Positions 1 to 9,725 of a stretch of 32,000 bases of DNA are shown here, piece after piece. This stretch comes from Candidatus Methylomirabilis oxygeniifera. Lineage in GTDB: Bacteria; Methylomirabilota; Methylomirabilia; Methylomirabilales; Methylomirabilaceae. Positions within the stretch are counted from its first letter, which is position 1; every line of letters begins with the position of its first letter. The position numbers and the translations under genes are program-made. The notes beneath the pieces were generated by a model. That model was not told the DNA's origin. It saw only the letters and a program-made list of their open reading frames with translations, and did no database searches. The stretch lies in contig FP565575.1 of assembly GCA_000091165.1 (NCBI GenBank), positions 420,001 to 452,000 on the forward strand, read 5' to 3'.

Positions 1-882
1 GTGATCTCGGCCGCTGACGGTCTGGAGGCTCTGACTCATGTGGCTGCCGCCCCTCCGGACCTGATTCTGCTGGATATCATGATGCCGAAGCTGGATGGCT
101 ATGCAGTCTGCCGACGTCTCAAAGAGGAGGCGGCCACCCGCCTGGTGCCTATCGTGCTGCTTACGGCTCTTGGGGCGGAAGAAGCCCGGATTCGAGGAAT
201 CGAGGCGGGGGCCGACGACTTTATTACGAAGCCGTTCAGCCGGACAGAGCTGAAGGCCCGCATCCGCTCGCTGCTCCGGCTCAAGAGCTTTACCGACGAG
301 TTGGAGCACGCCGAAACCATGCTGCTTGCGCTGGGCCGAACCGTCGAGGCGAGGGACCCGTACACCCAGGGCCACTGCGAGCAGTTGGCGGCCTACTCGG
401 TCGCCCTTGGGCGGAAGCTAGGCCTGCCACTGGAGGAGTTGACGGCCCTGGATAGAGGCGGATTCTTGCACGACCTTGGTAAAATCGGGATTCCGGATGC
501 GATTCTCTTGAAACCAGGCGGCCTCAGCGAGGCAGAGTGGGTGATCATGCGCGAGCACCCGGTGATCGGCGAGCGGATCTGCCTGTCGCTGCGATCGCTC
601 CAGCGGGTTCTGCCGATCATCCGCCATCACCACGAGCGGTGGGATGGCAGCGGCTACCCGGACGGCCTGAAGGGCGAGGCGATTCCGATCACAGCACGCA
701 TCTTGCAAACCGTGGATATCTATGATGCAATGAGGACGGCCCGTCCATACAAGCCCGCCATGTCGCCTGAAGCTGCGTGCAATACCCTCCGGGATGAGGT
801 GGCGCGAGGTTGGCGGGATCCGCACATTGTGTGTCCGTTCATCGAGCTGATCGAACGCGGAGAGCTGCCGGATCGGAAGTAG
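1..882 (+). CDS. Response regulator with REC and HD-GYP domains (probable c-di-GMP phosphodiesterase), 5' truncated by window start
   Basis: REC motifs LILLDIMMPKLDG and ITKPF; HD-GYP motifs HDLGKIGIPD and HHHERWDGSGYPDGLKG. The reading frame is open from base 1, so the true start is probably upstream. Confidence 0.93.
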   Translation: MISAADGLEALTHVAAAPPDLILLDIMMPKLDGYAVCRRLKEEAATRLVPIVLLTALGAEEARIRGIEAGADDFITKPFSRTELKARIRSLLRLKSFTDELEHAETMLLALGRTVEARDPYTQGHCEQLAAYSVALGRKLGLPLEELTALDRGGFLHDLGKIGIPDAILLKPGGLSEAEWVIMREHPVIGERICLSLRSLQRVLPIIRHHHERWDGSGYPDGLKGEAIPITARILQTVDIYDAMRTARPYKPAMSPEAACNTLRDEVARGWRDPHIVCPFIELIERGELPDRK

Positions 883-948
883 GCGGACCCTGAGGATATA
901 GGTGCCAGCGCTCTACGACCACAGAGACAAGCCTGGATGTAAGTACAT

Positions 949-3042
949 ATGTTGTCCATCAAGAACTGGAGCATCAGCACGCGGCTGCTGCTCGCCTTTC
1001 TCCTGGTCCTGGCTCCCTTTGTGGGGTTTGTCAGTATTGCCGGGCTGCATTTCGGCGCCATCATGCACTCCTATATACGGATCCAGGAGGATGCGACAGT
1101 CGATCTGAAGCGGACATCCGACGTAATGGCGGCTGCCGATGGTCTCCTGCTGGCAACTGAAGACTATCTCGCCAGTCGAGGTTCGCAGGAGCAGCAGCGG
1201 GTTATCGGATACGTGACGCATCTTCATGAGGCCTTCAGGATTCTGGGAACCACGCGATTTGAGGGCGCCGACGAGCGGCGATTGTTCGATGCAGCGAAAG
1301 ACATGGCGCCTCGCATGGAAGTGCTCGGACGGGAAATCGTAGAGCCTGCGCCCTTCCCGTACACTCGTGAGATATCCGCCAAGGTGGCCAGACTGACGAA
1401 GGTGCACGATCACGTCGATACGACGTTACATCAGCTTATGGACATCCACATACGCGAAATCGATGACGCGATGCGACACGTTTCCGATGTGGGCCGCCAG
1501 GTGATATTTGTCACGTTCGTTACATTGGCTGTCAGTGCGTTGGGGGCCGTCACCATCAGCGTTCCATTGGCGCACTGGCTGAGCCGACCCATCCGAGCCA
1601 TCGCGCAGGGGAGTCGTCGGCTGGCTGAGGGCGACCTGTCTCAACGGGTGGAGACGACCGGTGGAGGGGAGCTCGGAGAGGCGGCTCAGGCCTTTAACGA
1701 GATGGCGCAACGGCTGGAACGATCGGCCATCGAGAATACCGCGCTCTACGGCGCAGCGCGCCAGCGCGCCGAACGGATTGCGGCCGTCAATCGCCTGACC
1801 AAGATCATCAGCGCCTCCCTCGATATCGGCGCGGTCTATGAGACCTTTGCCGCGGAGTTGAAACGGTTCATCCCGTACGCGCGGATGGGGATTGTGATAG
1901 CTGAGAAGTCGGGCGTGCGATTTGCGCTCTTTCAACTTGTCGGCCACCGACTGAATGCGGTGCCGATTGGGATGGTCTGGTCGAACGTGAGAGGGACCGG
2001 CATTGAGTGGGTGATGTCCCACAGACGGCCTCATTTTGAACGGGATCTTGCAAAGGCGCGACGATTTGTCGAAGATGGAGCCCTGCTGAAAGAAGGGGTC
2101 CGCTCCACCGTTCGTCTGCCCCTCATCGCAACAGGACAGGTCATCGGTGTCCTCTTTCTTGATGATGTCGAGCCCGATCGTTACAGCGAGCATGATCTTG
2201 AACTGCTTATTCCTCTTGGGGAGCAGTTGGCGATTGCCATCGAAAACTCCCGGCTGCATAGCGAGATGGAACGAAAGGTGGAGGAGCGAACCGAGACGCT
2301 TCGGGAGACGCAGGCTCAGCTCATCCAGTCCGGTAAGTTGGCGGCGGTAGGGACGCTGGCGGCCGGAGTGGCCCACGAACTGAACCAGCCCCTGATGATT
2401 ATCCGGGGCTACGCCCAGGAGCTGCTGACCGACGAGCGGGTAGCCTCCGAGGAGATCCGTGATGACCTGCGGCGGATTGAGGCACAGACGACCCGAATGG
2501 CGGCCATCATCAACCACCTTCGCGACTTCTCGCGCGAGTCGAAGGGCAGGCGAGAGGTCACAGACCTGAACCGGTTGGTGAGAGAAGCGCTGGCCTTCCT
2601 CGGTCAGCAGCTCAAAGCTCACGATGTCGTCGTCGTTCAGGAGCTCGACCCTGCGCTGCCGACGGTCTGGGTCGATCCGTTGCAGATCGAACAGGTACTT
2701 TTGAATCTGATCACCAACGCGCGGGACGCTATGGAGTCGACCGGGATGGGGGCGATCACCATCCGGACCGATGTCGTATCCGGTAGCCGGGTGGCGCTGA
2801 GCGTGACCGATACCGGTCCCGGCATCCCTGAAGAGATTCGGACCAGAATCTTTGATCCCTTCTTTACGACGAAAGAGGTCGGCAAGGGAACGGGTCTCGG
2901 TCTGAGCATCTGTCATGGTATTATCGAGGAGCATGGGGGGGCGTTAATAATGGAGAGCTCGGTGGCCGACGGACGGGGCGCCCGATTTACCATGATCTTA
3001 CCCCAGGCCGTCCTGGATGAGACGACAGGCGAGCGGACATGA
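949..3042 (+). CDS. Membrane sensor histidine kinase (two TM segments, HAMP, GAF, HisKA, HATPase_c)
   Basis: N-terminal TM ([20 protein letters not shown]), second TM then HAMP ([22 protein letters not shown]), H-box [17 protein letters not shown]-box [11 protein letters not shown]-boxes [10 protein letters not shown] and [13 protein letters not shown] at 949. Confidence 0.93.
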   Translation: MLSIKNWSISTRLLLAFLLVLAPFVGFVSIAGLHFGAIMHSYIRIQEDATVDLKRTSDVMAAADGLLLATEDYLASRGSQEQQRVIGYVTHLHEAFRILGTTRFEGADERRLFDAAKDMAPRMEVLGREIVEPAPFPYTREISAKVARLTKVHDHVDTTLHQLMDIHIREIDDAMRHVSDVGRQVIFVTFVTLAVSALGAVTISVPLAHWLSRPIRAIAQGSRRLAEGDLSQRVETTGGGELGEAAQAFNEMAQRLERSAIENTALYGAARQRAERIAAVNRLTKIISASLDIGAVYETFAAELKRFIPYARMGIVIAEKSGVRFALFQLVGHRLNAVPIGMVWSNVRGTGIEWVMSHRRPHFERDLAKARRFVEDGALLKEGVRSTVRLPLIATGQVIGVLFLDDVEPDRYSEHDLELLIPLGEQLAIAIENSRLHSEMERKVEERTETLRETQAQLIQSGKLAAVGTLAAGVAHELNQPLMIIRGYAQELLTDERVASEEIRDDLRRIEAQTTRMAAIINHLRDFSRESKGRREVTDLNRLVREALAFLGQQLKAHDVVVVQELDPALPTVWVDPLQIEQVLLNLITNARDAMESTGMGAITIRTDVVSGSRVALSVTDTGPGIPEEIRTRIFDPFFTTKEVGKGTGLGLSICHGIIEEHGGALIMESSVADGRGARFTMILPQAVLDETTGERT

Positions 3043-3743
3043 CGGGCGCACGTATTTTGCTGGTCGATGACGAGCCGGAGATTCGCAGATTACTTTCGCG
3101 TCATCTCCAGCGGCTGGGGTATACGGTGCGGGAGGCTGGGGATGGCGAGGAGGCCGTGGCGGCGGCGACGGCGGAGATTCCGGATGTCGTGATCACCGAT
3201 ATGTCTATGCCTCGCCTGGACGGTCTGGAGTTGCTTGAGAGGCTTCGAAGTATGGATCCCGGTCTTCCTGTTATCGTGCTGACCGGGCACGGGTCGATCG
3301 AGAACGTCATTGCCGCGATGCGGCGGGGGGCGGCCTTTGATTATCTGCTCAAGCCGCTCCAGGACCTTACCGTGCTGGAGGTGTCGGTTGCCAGGGCCTT
3401 TGAGATCAGGAAGCTGCGCGCCCAGGCCCGCGAGGCGTTTCAGGTCGGCGCCATCCGGGAGTTGGCGGTGACTGCGAGCGACAGGATCCTGAATCCTCTG
3501 AACATCATCAGTCTGAGTGTGGAGCGGCTGACCCGCAACGGGATGACGGCAGAGGCTAAGGCCAAAGCGGTCGCGAACATCGAGACGGCTGTCGAGACTA
3601 TTACCAAGGTTGTCCGGCAGATGCGTGCGGTGGCGCGATATACGCCTCGCGAGGTCGTCCCGGGTCTGCGGGAGATCGATCTTGATCGAGCCGCCGGAGA
3701 CGAGAAGCGCGAGAAGAACGACGAGTCGTTGCCGCCGACATGA
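3039..3743 (+). CDS. Response regulator receiver protein with a C-terminal degenerate HisKA-like region
   Basis: REC motifs LLVDDEPEI, VVITDMSMPRLDG, VLTGHG, LLKPL. The C-terminal ELAVTASDRILNPLNII aligns with an H-box. Overlaps the kinase stop by 4 nt (ATGA). Confidence 0.88.
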   Translation: MTGARILLVDDEPEIRRLLSRHLQRLGYTVREAGDGEEAVAAATAEIPDVVITDMSMPRLDGLELLERLRSMDPGLPVIVLTGHGSIENVIAAMRRGAAFDYLLKPLQDLTVLEVSVARAFEIRKLRAQAREAFQVGAIRELAVTASDRILNPLNIISLSVERLTRNGMTAEAKAKAVANIETAVETITKVVRQMRAVARYTPREVVPGLREIDLDRAAGDEKREKNDESLPPT

Positions 3744-3817
3744 TGCTTGAGACTTGCGTGAACACCTTCGCGGTGCGCTCGCCTTTCTATCAGAAGGCAT
3801 AATGCAAGGGAGCGACG

Positions 3818-4513
3818 ATGATGCTCAAGGCGGTGATCTTTGATGCCGGCAACACCATCATGCTGGTCAACTACGGTGTGGTCGTGGAGGCATTGGCGGC
3901 CGAAGGCTGGGATGTGGAGGAGGCGGCGGTGCGAGAGGCGGAGTATCGCGCTCGGGTGCGCCTCGATCAGATCCTGGCCCGGCGCAACTCCACCGAAGCG
4001 CCGCAGATCTTCCAGACGTATATGCGCTTTGTCTGCGAAGGCATTGGCATGTCGTGGGGAGTGGCCGCTGAGCAGGCGCTACGTCGGCTCGCCGAGTACC
4101 ATCGAGCGTATAATCTCTGGAATCAACCGAATCCTCAGGCCTCTGCTGTGCTTCAGACGTTGCACGATCGCGGGCTCACGCTGGGCATGATCTCAAATTC
4201 GAACGGATGGGTCGAGCGGCTTGTGACGGAAAGCGGACTTCGCCCTTACTTTCACTTCGTACTGGACTCGCGGCTGGTTGGGGTAGAAAAGCCTGATCCT
4301 AGGATCTTTCAGATCGCGCTGGATCGGGTCGGGATCGGTTCCGCCGAGGCGCTCTACATCGGCGACCTGTACTCCATTGATGTCGTAGGACCGAGAGCGG
4401 CGGGGATGCGCGCGATCCTGCTCGATCCTGCCGGTCTGTGGGATCAGGTGGACTGCCAAAAGGCGCGCGACCTATCGGAAGCGGCCGACCTGGTTCTGAT
4501 GCAGCTTTCGTAA
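3818..4513 (+). CDS. HAD-superfamily hydrolase
   Basis: Motif I VIFDAGNTI, motif II MISNSNG, motif III KPDPRIF, motif IV YIGDLYSIDVVG. ATG at 3818 (or 3821). Confidence 0.88.
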   Translation: MMLKAVIFDAGNTIMLVNYGVVVEALAAEGWDVEEAAVREAEYRARVRLDQILARRNSTEAPQIFQTYMRFVCEGIGMSWGVAAEQALRRLAEYHRAYNLWNQPNPQASAVLQTLHDRGLTLGMISNSNGWVERLVTESGLRPYFHFVLDSRLVGVEKPDPRIFQIALDRVGIGSAEALYIGDLYSIDVVGPRAAGMRAILLDPAGLWDQVDCQKARDLSEAADLVLMQLS

Positions 4514-4547
4514 CCTGCGCCTTATCCCGAGCAGCCCACCGCGCTTC

Positions 4548-5222
4548 TCACCCTTCCTGTTCGTTAAACAAGAAGCGCCGCGTATGGGGAGCCACGGTGG
4601 TTCCGGCGGTTGCAAGATCGCGCCGAAGCCTCGCCAGGTCGTCCGGCATATCGACGTCGAACCAGGACGGGAGCATCGCAACCTGCAACTGTTGCGTCGC
4701 CGCGCGCCGGAGTGTGTCGGTCAGGACTGTCGGGCCGCTCCAGGGGATGTTATCGAAGAGTGCACGGCAGGGGCGCTTGAGACCGATAAGGTAATAGCCT
4801 CCATCCTCCGCCGGGCCGAGTACGAGGTCTGTTGTTCCGCTCTGCAGTCGCGCGATGGCATCCAGCAGGTAGGACGTGGGCAGGGTCGGGCTGTCGCTGT
4901 CGATGAGAAGAGTCGCCGGATGGCCCCGTTCCAGCAGGATCGCTGAGAGTCGGTGAAGTCGGTCTCCGAGAGTTGAACCCGCCTGCGGAATCAGCGTAAA
5001 ACTTTCCGGTAACATGGCGAGCATCGACAGCCTTGCCTCGATGGGTGTGTAGGCCAGGTACGGATCGATGTCTGGGATCCCGGCGACCTGCTGCAGCTTA
5101 TCCAGTAAAAAACACCGATACAGCTCCGCCGCGCGCTCATGGCTTAACGGCGGGACAAGACGTGTCTTAACCCGTCCCGCCTCAGGCACTCTGGCCATCA
5201 CCGCAATCGCATATCGTCGCAT
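4548..5222 (-). CDS. DUF2064 / TIGR04282-like glycosyltransferase-fold protein
   Basis: MRRYAIAVMARVPEAGRVKTRL N-terminus, LIDSDSPTLPTSYL and GPAEDGGYYLIG motifs. Start trimmed from ORF start 5303 to ATG at 5222. Confidence 0.82.
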   Translation of the reverse strand: MRRYAIAVMARVPEAGRVKTRLVPPLSHERAAELYRCFLLDKLQQVAGIPDIDPYLAYTPIEARLSMLAMLPESFTLIPQAGSTLGDRLHRLSAILLERGHPATLLIDSDSPTLPTSYLLDAIARLQSGTTDLVLGPAEDGGYYLIGLKRPCRALFDNIPWSGPTVLTDTLRRAATQQLQVAMLPSWFDVDMPDDLARLRRDLATAGTTVAPHTRRFLFNEQEG

Positions 5223-5253
5223 ACGGCAAGCGTATCGGACCCCCTTCCGCTTG

Positions 5254-6276
5254 TCAACCACCTTCAGGCGGTAACGAGCGCCTGTAGGCCGCTGTGAGGC
5301 CATAGTGGGCGGCGCCGATCAGGGGTGCACGCAGGTTTAATGCGACCTTCACCTCGATTGACCGGAGCAGGTCGGCGAAGCGTCCCTTGTCGGCGAAGGC
5401 GCGGGTGAACGCACTGCGTAGGGGTGCGTGGTCATGTGCCCCTGCAAGGATCTTCGGCGCGATCCCTCCCCCGACATACACCCCACCGATGGCGAATGCC
5501 TTCAGGGTCAGATTGCCCGCCTCCGATCCGTACATAGAGACGAACAGATCAAGCGCTTTCGTGCAGAGCGGGTCGTCCCCTGCCAGCCCGATCTCAGAGA
5601 TCACCGCGCCTGCGTCATCCTCTGCAATGCGCGTCCGAAGCCACTCCGGCTCTCGGGCTATGCCGCTGTCCCGGAGGAACCGATAGATGTTGAAGAGCCC
5701 CGGACCAGACAGCAGTCGCTCGTAACTCACGTGACCGAATTCCCGCTGGAGATAGCGCAGCAGGTCGACCTCGATGTCGCTGCGTGGGGCGAAATCAGCG
5801 TGTCCTCCCTCGGTGGCCATTGGATGATAACGCTTCCCGTCCCAGTAGAGGATCGCCTCCCCCAAACCCGTGCCGGCCGCGATGACGGCGATATTACCCT
5901 TGCGCGGGGAACCCGGCTGAAGCACACACAGGTCGGTCGGCTCGAGATGCAGCATCCCGTAGGCTGTTGCTTCCAGATCGTTCAGGAGCTTCACTCGCGG
6001 AACGCGAAGGGCTTCCGCGAGGCTGCGCTCATCCAACTCCCAGGGAAGATTTGTCGCGTTACTCTTTCCTCCGATCACCGGTCCGGCCACCCCGAAGCAG
6101 GCCACGCTGAGTGACGCGGCAGGCCCAGGGCCCATGAACTGGTTGAGGACCTCTTCGAGCGAGTTGTAATGTTGGCTGGGGAACGTTTCTTCGCGGATGG
6201 CGTGCAGCCGGTTACCGGCCTCTCCAAACAGGCCGATAACGGTCTTCGTCCCCCCGATGTCGCCGGCCAAGATCAT
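5254..6276 (-). CDS. glk: Glucokinase
   Basis: MILAGDIGGTKTVIGLF, CFGVAGPV, LLNDLEATAYG, AAGTGLGEA, EGGHADFAPR, GGIAPKI. Start overlaps the pgl stop (ATGA-type). Confidence 0.92.
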   Translation of the reverse strand: MILAGDIGGTKTVIGLFGEAGNRLHAIREETFPSQHYNSLEEVLNQFMGPGPAASLSVACFGVAGPVIGGKSNATNLPWELDERSLAEALRVPRVKLLNDLEATAYGMLHLEPTDLCVLQPGSPRKGNIAVIAAGTGLGEAILYWDGKRYHPMATEGGHADFAPRSDIEVDLLRYLQREFGHVSYERLLSGPGLFNIYRFLRDSGIAREPEWLRTRIAEDDAGAVISEIGLAGDDPLCTKALDLFVSMYGSEAGNLTLKAFAIGGVYVGGGIAPKILAGAHDHAPLRSAFTRAFADKGRFADLLRSIEVKVALNLRAPLIGAAHYGLTAAYRRSLPPEGG

Positions 6277-7052
6277 GGGGTTTTCTCGGCGAGCCGACTG
6301 GCGGCGGCCTGGTCGACCAACCAAACCAACCGGCCTGCTACCGGCCGGATAAGTTGGGCCGGCAATCGTTCTGTGTCTGACGGCCCTTCGAGGATCGCTT
6401 GGAGCGCCATGGCCTTCTCAATCCCAGAGACCAGAAACAGGATCATTGTTGCTCGATTGAGGATGGGTATCGTGAGCGTCAAGCGATCCGCCTTCAGTTC
6501 GGGGATGTAGTTGGCCGCCACCCACCGTTTAGTCGCTCGAAGCGCCGGGGTATGCGGGAACAGCGAGGCGGTATGACCGTCAGTCCCCAATCCCAGAAGA
6601 ATAAGGTCGAACGCAGGCGGCTCATCTGGTGACTGCGTGGCGAACGTTCTGGCGATGTCAGTGTCATACTCGCCGGCCGCCGCATCCAAGTCTGCTCGCT
6701 CGGCCTGCATCCGGTGGATCTGATCTTCCGGAATCGGAACGCGACTGAGCAGAGTAGCCCTGGCCATGCCAAAGTTTGAGTCCGGGTGCTCCGGCGGCAC
6801 CGCTCGCTCATCCGTCCAAAAGAGGTGGGTCTCCCGCCATGGTAGGCGAGTGCGGTACGGGTCAGCCGCCAGGAGCGAGTACAGGCGTTTCGGAGTCGAG
6901 CCACCTGCCAGGGCAATGGTAAAGCGGCCACAACGGGCCACCGCTTCCTCGGCGATTGCGCCGACCCGCTTTGCGGCCTCCTGAGCGAGAGCAGCCGGAT
7001 TGGCTACCACCAGCAGGCCGCCCACATGCCCTATGGTCATCCCGCTCTTCAT
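6273..7052 (-). CDS. pgl: 6-phosphogluconolactonase
   Basis: TIALAGGSTPKRLYSLL, HLFWTDERAVPPEHPDSNFGMA, LGLGTDGHTASLFP. Start trimmed from the ORF start at 7280; an alternative ATG lies at 7040. Confidence 0.9.
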   Translation of the reverse strand: MKSGMTIGHVGGLLVVANPAALAQEAAKRVGAIAEEAVARCGRFTIALAGGSTPKRLYSLLAADPYRTRLPWRETHLFWTDERAVPPEHPDSNFGMARATLLSRVPIPEDQIHRMQAERADLDAAAGEYDTDIARTFATQSPDEPPAFDLILLGLGTDGHTASLFPHTPALRATKRWVAANYIPELKADRLTLTIPILNRATMILFLVSGIEKAMALQAILEGPSDTERLPAQLIRPVAGRLVWLVDQAAASRLAEKTP

Positions 7053-7092
7053 TCCTTCTATGATTTCCTTGATGTCATCACTTGCGAGAAGA

Positions 7093-8688
7093 TTACGGGT
7101 TGACCCACTGCCGACCGTCGGCCCCGATGAAGCGGTCGGCTTCTTTTGGACCCCAGTTGCCGGCGGGATAATACGCCAGGCCGGAGCGGTCGGCGGCAGC
7201 CCAGGCCTCGAGTATTGGCGTGACCAAAGCCCATGCGGACTCGACCTCATCGCGCCGAATGAACAGCGTCGAGTCCCCAAGCATACAGTCGAGCAGCAGA
7301 CGCTCGTAGGCCTCGGTCGGATCGATTCCGAAGGCCTCCCGGTACGAGAAGCCTAAACGGGCAGGAATCAGACTGATACTTGGCCCGGGAGGCTTGAGCC
7401 CCACTCGCAGGGAGATCCCCTCGTCGGGCTGGATCCGCAACGTTAAGCGGTTCGGCTGGATCACGTCACGTCTCTCATGGCCAAGGTGACCCGCGTGCTG
7501 GAACAGCAAGAGCGGCGGCTGGCGGTACTGGATGGTCACCTCGGTCACTCGCTTTGGTAGCGCCTTCCCGGTTCGCAGGTAGAACGGTACCCCCGCCCAG
7601 CGCCAGTTGTCGATTTCCAGACGAAGCGCTGCGAAGGTCTCCGTTGCCGTTTCAGCCGCAACCCCGGGCTCATCGGCATAGGCTGCAATCCTTTTCCCGT
7701 GAAGCTGGCCGCTGATATACTGCGCCCGGACGGTGGCACTCTCCACATCTGTTGTCAGGACCTCACGAATTGCGCGCAAGACTTTGACTTTCTCATCGCG
7801 GACCGCGTCAGGATCAAAGGTGGCCGGCGGCTCCATGGCCACCAGCGACAGGAGTTGTAGCATGTGGTTTTGCAGCATGTCCCGCATGGCGCCCGCGCCG
7901 TCATAATAGCCGCCTCGACCCTCCACGCCATGATCTTCCGCCACTAAGAGCTGAATGTGGTCGATATACCGACGGTTCCATAACGGTTCAAAGATGCTGT
8001 TGCCGAAGCGGAAGGTCAGGATGTTCTGGACGGTTTCCTTGCCGAGATAGTGGTCGATGCGATAGACCTGCCGTTCGCGAAAGACCTGGTGAATCTCGGC
8101 ATTTAGGGTCAGGGCCGTTGCCAGGTCGCGTCCGAACGGCTTTTCAACGATGATCCGACAACACCCGCGAGCCTCCGATGCTGGTTCGGTATCGTACGGA
8201 CCGTCTCGAACCTCGCTTACCAGTCCGGCGGCTCCCAGGTGGGCCACGACCGCCGCGTAGGCTGCAGGGGGCGTGGCCAGGTAGTAGAGTCGATTGCCGC
8301 CGGTACCATGCCGACGATCTACCTCTACGAGCAGCTCCCGGAGCCGCTCGTACCCGACCGGTTCCTCAAACGCGCCCGTAACATAGTAGAGGCCTTGCGC
8401 CAAGCGGTTCCATGCTTCAGAGTCGAGCGGTTGCAGACGAGAAAACTGCTCCACCGCCTGACGCATCTCTTCGCGGAACGCCTCGTGACCCTTTTCTTTT
8501 CGCGCGAACCCGATCGCCGCAAACCGGTCAGGGAGCAGACCGTCATGCGCCAACGCGTACAGGGCCGGCAGGAGCTTACGCCTGGTCAGGTCGCCCGATG
8601 CCCCGAAGATGACCATCGCGCACCCTTCCGGCACCTGGTAGCGGGACGGCTGAGTGATTGCCTCGGTCACGATCTGCGTCGCAGTCAT
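7093..8688 (-). CDS. zwf: Glucose-6-phosphate 1-dehydrogenase
   Basis: FGASGDLTRRKLLPALYAL, active-site RIDHYLGKETVQNI, IVEKPFGRDLATA. Start assigned to MTATQIVTEA at 8688. Confidence 0.95.
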   Translation of the reverse strand: MTATQIVTEAITQPSRYQVPEGCAMVIFGASGDLTRRKLLPALYALAHDGLLPDRFAAIGFARKEKGHEAFREEMRQAVEQFSRLQPLDSEAWNRLAQGLYYVTGAFEEPVGYERLRELLVEVDRRHGTGGNRLYYLATPPAAYAAVVAHLGAAGLVSEVRDGPYDTEPASEARGCCRIIVEKPFGRDLATALTLNAEIHQVFRERQVYRIDHYLGKETVQNILTFRFGNSIFEPLWNRRYIDHIQLLVAEDHGVEGRGGYYDGAGAMRDMLQNHMLQLLSLVAMEPPATFDPDAVRDEKVKVLRAIREVLTTDVESATVRAQYISGQLHGKRIAAYADEPGVAAETATETFAALRLEIDNWRWAGVPFYLRTGKALPKRVTEVTIQYRQPPLLLFQHAGHLGHERRDVIQPNRLTLRIQPDEGISLRVGLKPPGPSISLIPARLGFSYREAFGIDPTEAYERLLLDCMLGDSTLFIRRDEVESAWALVTPILEAWAAADRSGLAYYPAGNWGPKEADRFIGADGRQWVNP

Positions 8689-8692
8689 TGTG

Positions 8693-9676
8693 CTATCCTC
8701 CGGCAGGCCGCTCGACATGCCCACCGAACTTCTGTCGCATGGCCGACAACAACTTTTCGGCAAAGGTGTGTTCTTGTCGAGAGCGAAAGCGCGCATACAG
8801 AGACGCCGACAGCACATCGGCAGGCACCGCCTCTTCAATAGCGGCCATGATCGTCCATCGTCCTTCACCGGAATCCTGGACGAACCCTGTATAGTTCGAT
8901 AACGTGGGATCTTCCGCGAGCGCCGTCGCCGTCAGGTCAAGCAGCCACGATGACACAACGCTACCGTGCCGCCATACTTCTGCGATGTCAGCCGTATTGA
9001 GGTCATAACGGTACTCTTCAGGGAGGTCCAGTGAGAGCGCATTGCGCAGGATATCGAAGCCCTCCGCGAAGGCCTGCATCAGGCCGTACTCAATGCCGTT
9101 GTGGACCATTTTAACGAAATGACCGGCGCCCACCGGGCCACAGTGTAGGTAGCCATCCTCCGTCGTACCGCCAGACTGCTGGCGACCGGGGGTACGGGGA
9201 ATATCGTCCGGCCCTGGTGCGAGCGTCTTGAAGATCGGCTTCAGTCGCTCGACCGCGCCCGCCTGGCCACCGATCATCAAGCAGTAGCCGCGCTCCAGAC
9301 CCCAGATCCCGCCGCTGGTACCTACATCCACGTACTGGACACCTCTCGCCTGGAGTGCCTTCGCGCGGCGCACATCATCCTTGTAGTAGGAGTTGCCGCC
9401 GTCAATGATGATGTCGTCCGTCTCCATCCGCTGCGAGAGCGCCATGACGATCTGCTCCGTCGCCTCCCCTGCCGGCACCATCACCCATGCTGCCCGAGGT
9501 GTGGTGAGGGCGCGCACGAACTCGTCCAGCGACTTGGCAGCCGTCGCGCCCTCCTGCGCCAATGCCCTCACGCGGTCGGAATTCGCGTCGAATACGACGC
9601 ACTCATGCCCGCCTCGCATCAGGCGGCGGACCATGTTCGCGCCCATCTTACCCAGACCAATCACCCCGAGCTGCAT
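8693..9676 (-). CDS. gnd: 6-phosphogluconate dehydrogenase, decarboxylating, short form (about 327 aa)
   Basis: [70 protein letters not shown]. Confidence 0.93.
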   Translation of the reverse strand: MQLGVIGLGKMGANMVRRLMRGGHECVVFDANSDRVRALAQEGATAAKSLDEFVRALTTPRAAWVMVPAGEATEQIVMALSQRMETDDIIIDGGNSYYKDDVRRAKALQARGVQYVDVGTSGGIWGLERGYCLMIGGQAGAVERLKPIFKTLAPGPDDIPRTPGRQQSGGTTEDGYLHCGPVGAGHFVKMVHNGIEYGLMQAFAEGFDILRNALSLDLPEEYRYDLNTADIAEVWRHGSVVSSWLLDLTATALAEDPTLSNYTGFVQDSGEGRWTIMAAIEEAVPADVLSASLYARFRSRQEHTFAEKLLSAMRQKFGGHVERPAGG

Positions 9677-9701
9677 CGTGTGTGCTCCTCCCACAAAAAG
9701 A

Positions 9702-9725
9702 AGCGGTCAGCTATCAGCGTTCAGC
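9702..9725 (-). repeat. Heptad-period degenerate repeat (GCTGAAC GCTGATA GCTGACC GCT)
   Basis: Read on minus strand: three contiguous 7-nt units plus a partial; lies in the pgi-gnd gap and supplies the pgi stop codon. Confidence 0.75.

Noticed and set aside
1426-2934. 502-aa antisense ORF opposite the histidine kinase
   Set aside because: The sense strand encodes a full set of kinase motifs in order; the antisense product has low-complexity Arg/Leu/Gly composition and no motifs, typical of shadow ORFs in GC-rich genes.
3090-3800. 236-aa antisense ORF opposite the receiver protein
   Set aside because: Overlaps a well-supported REC gene and shows no domain signal.
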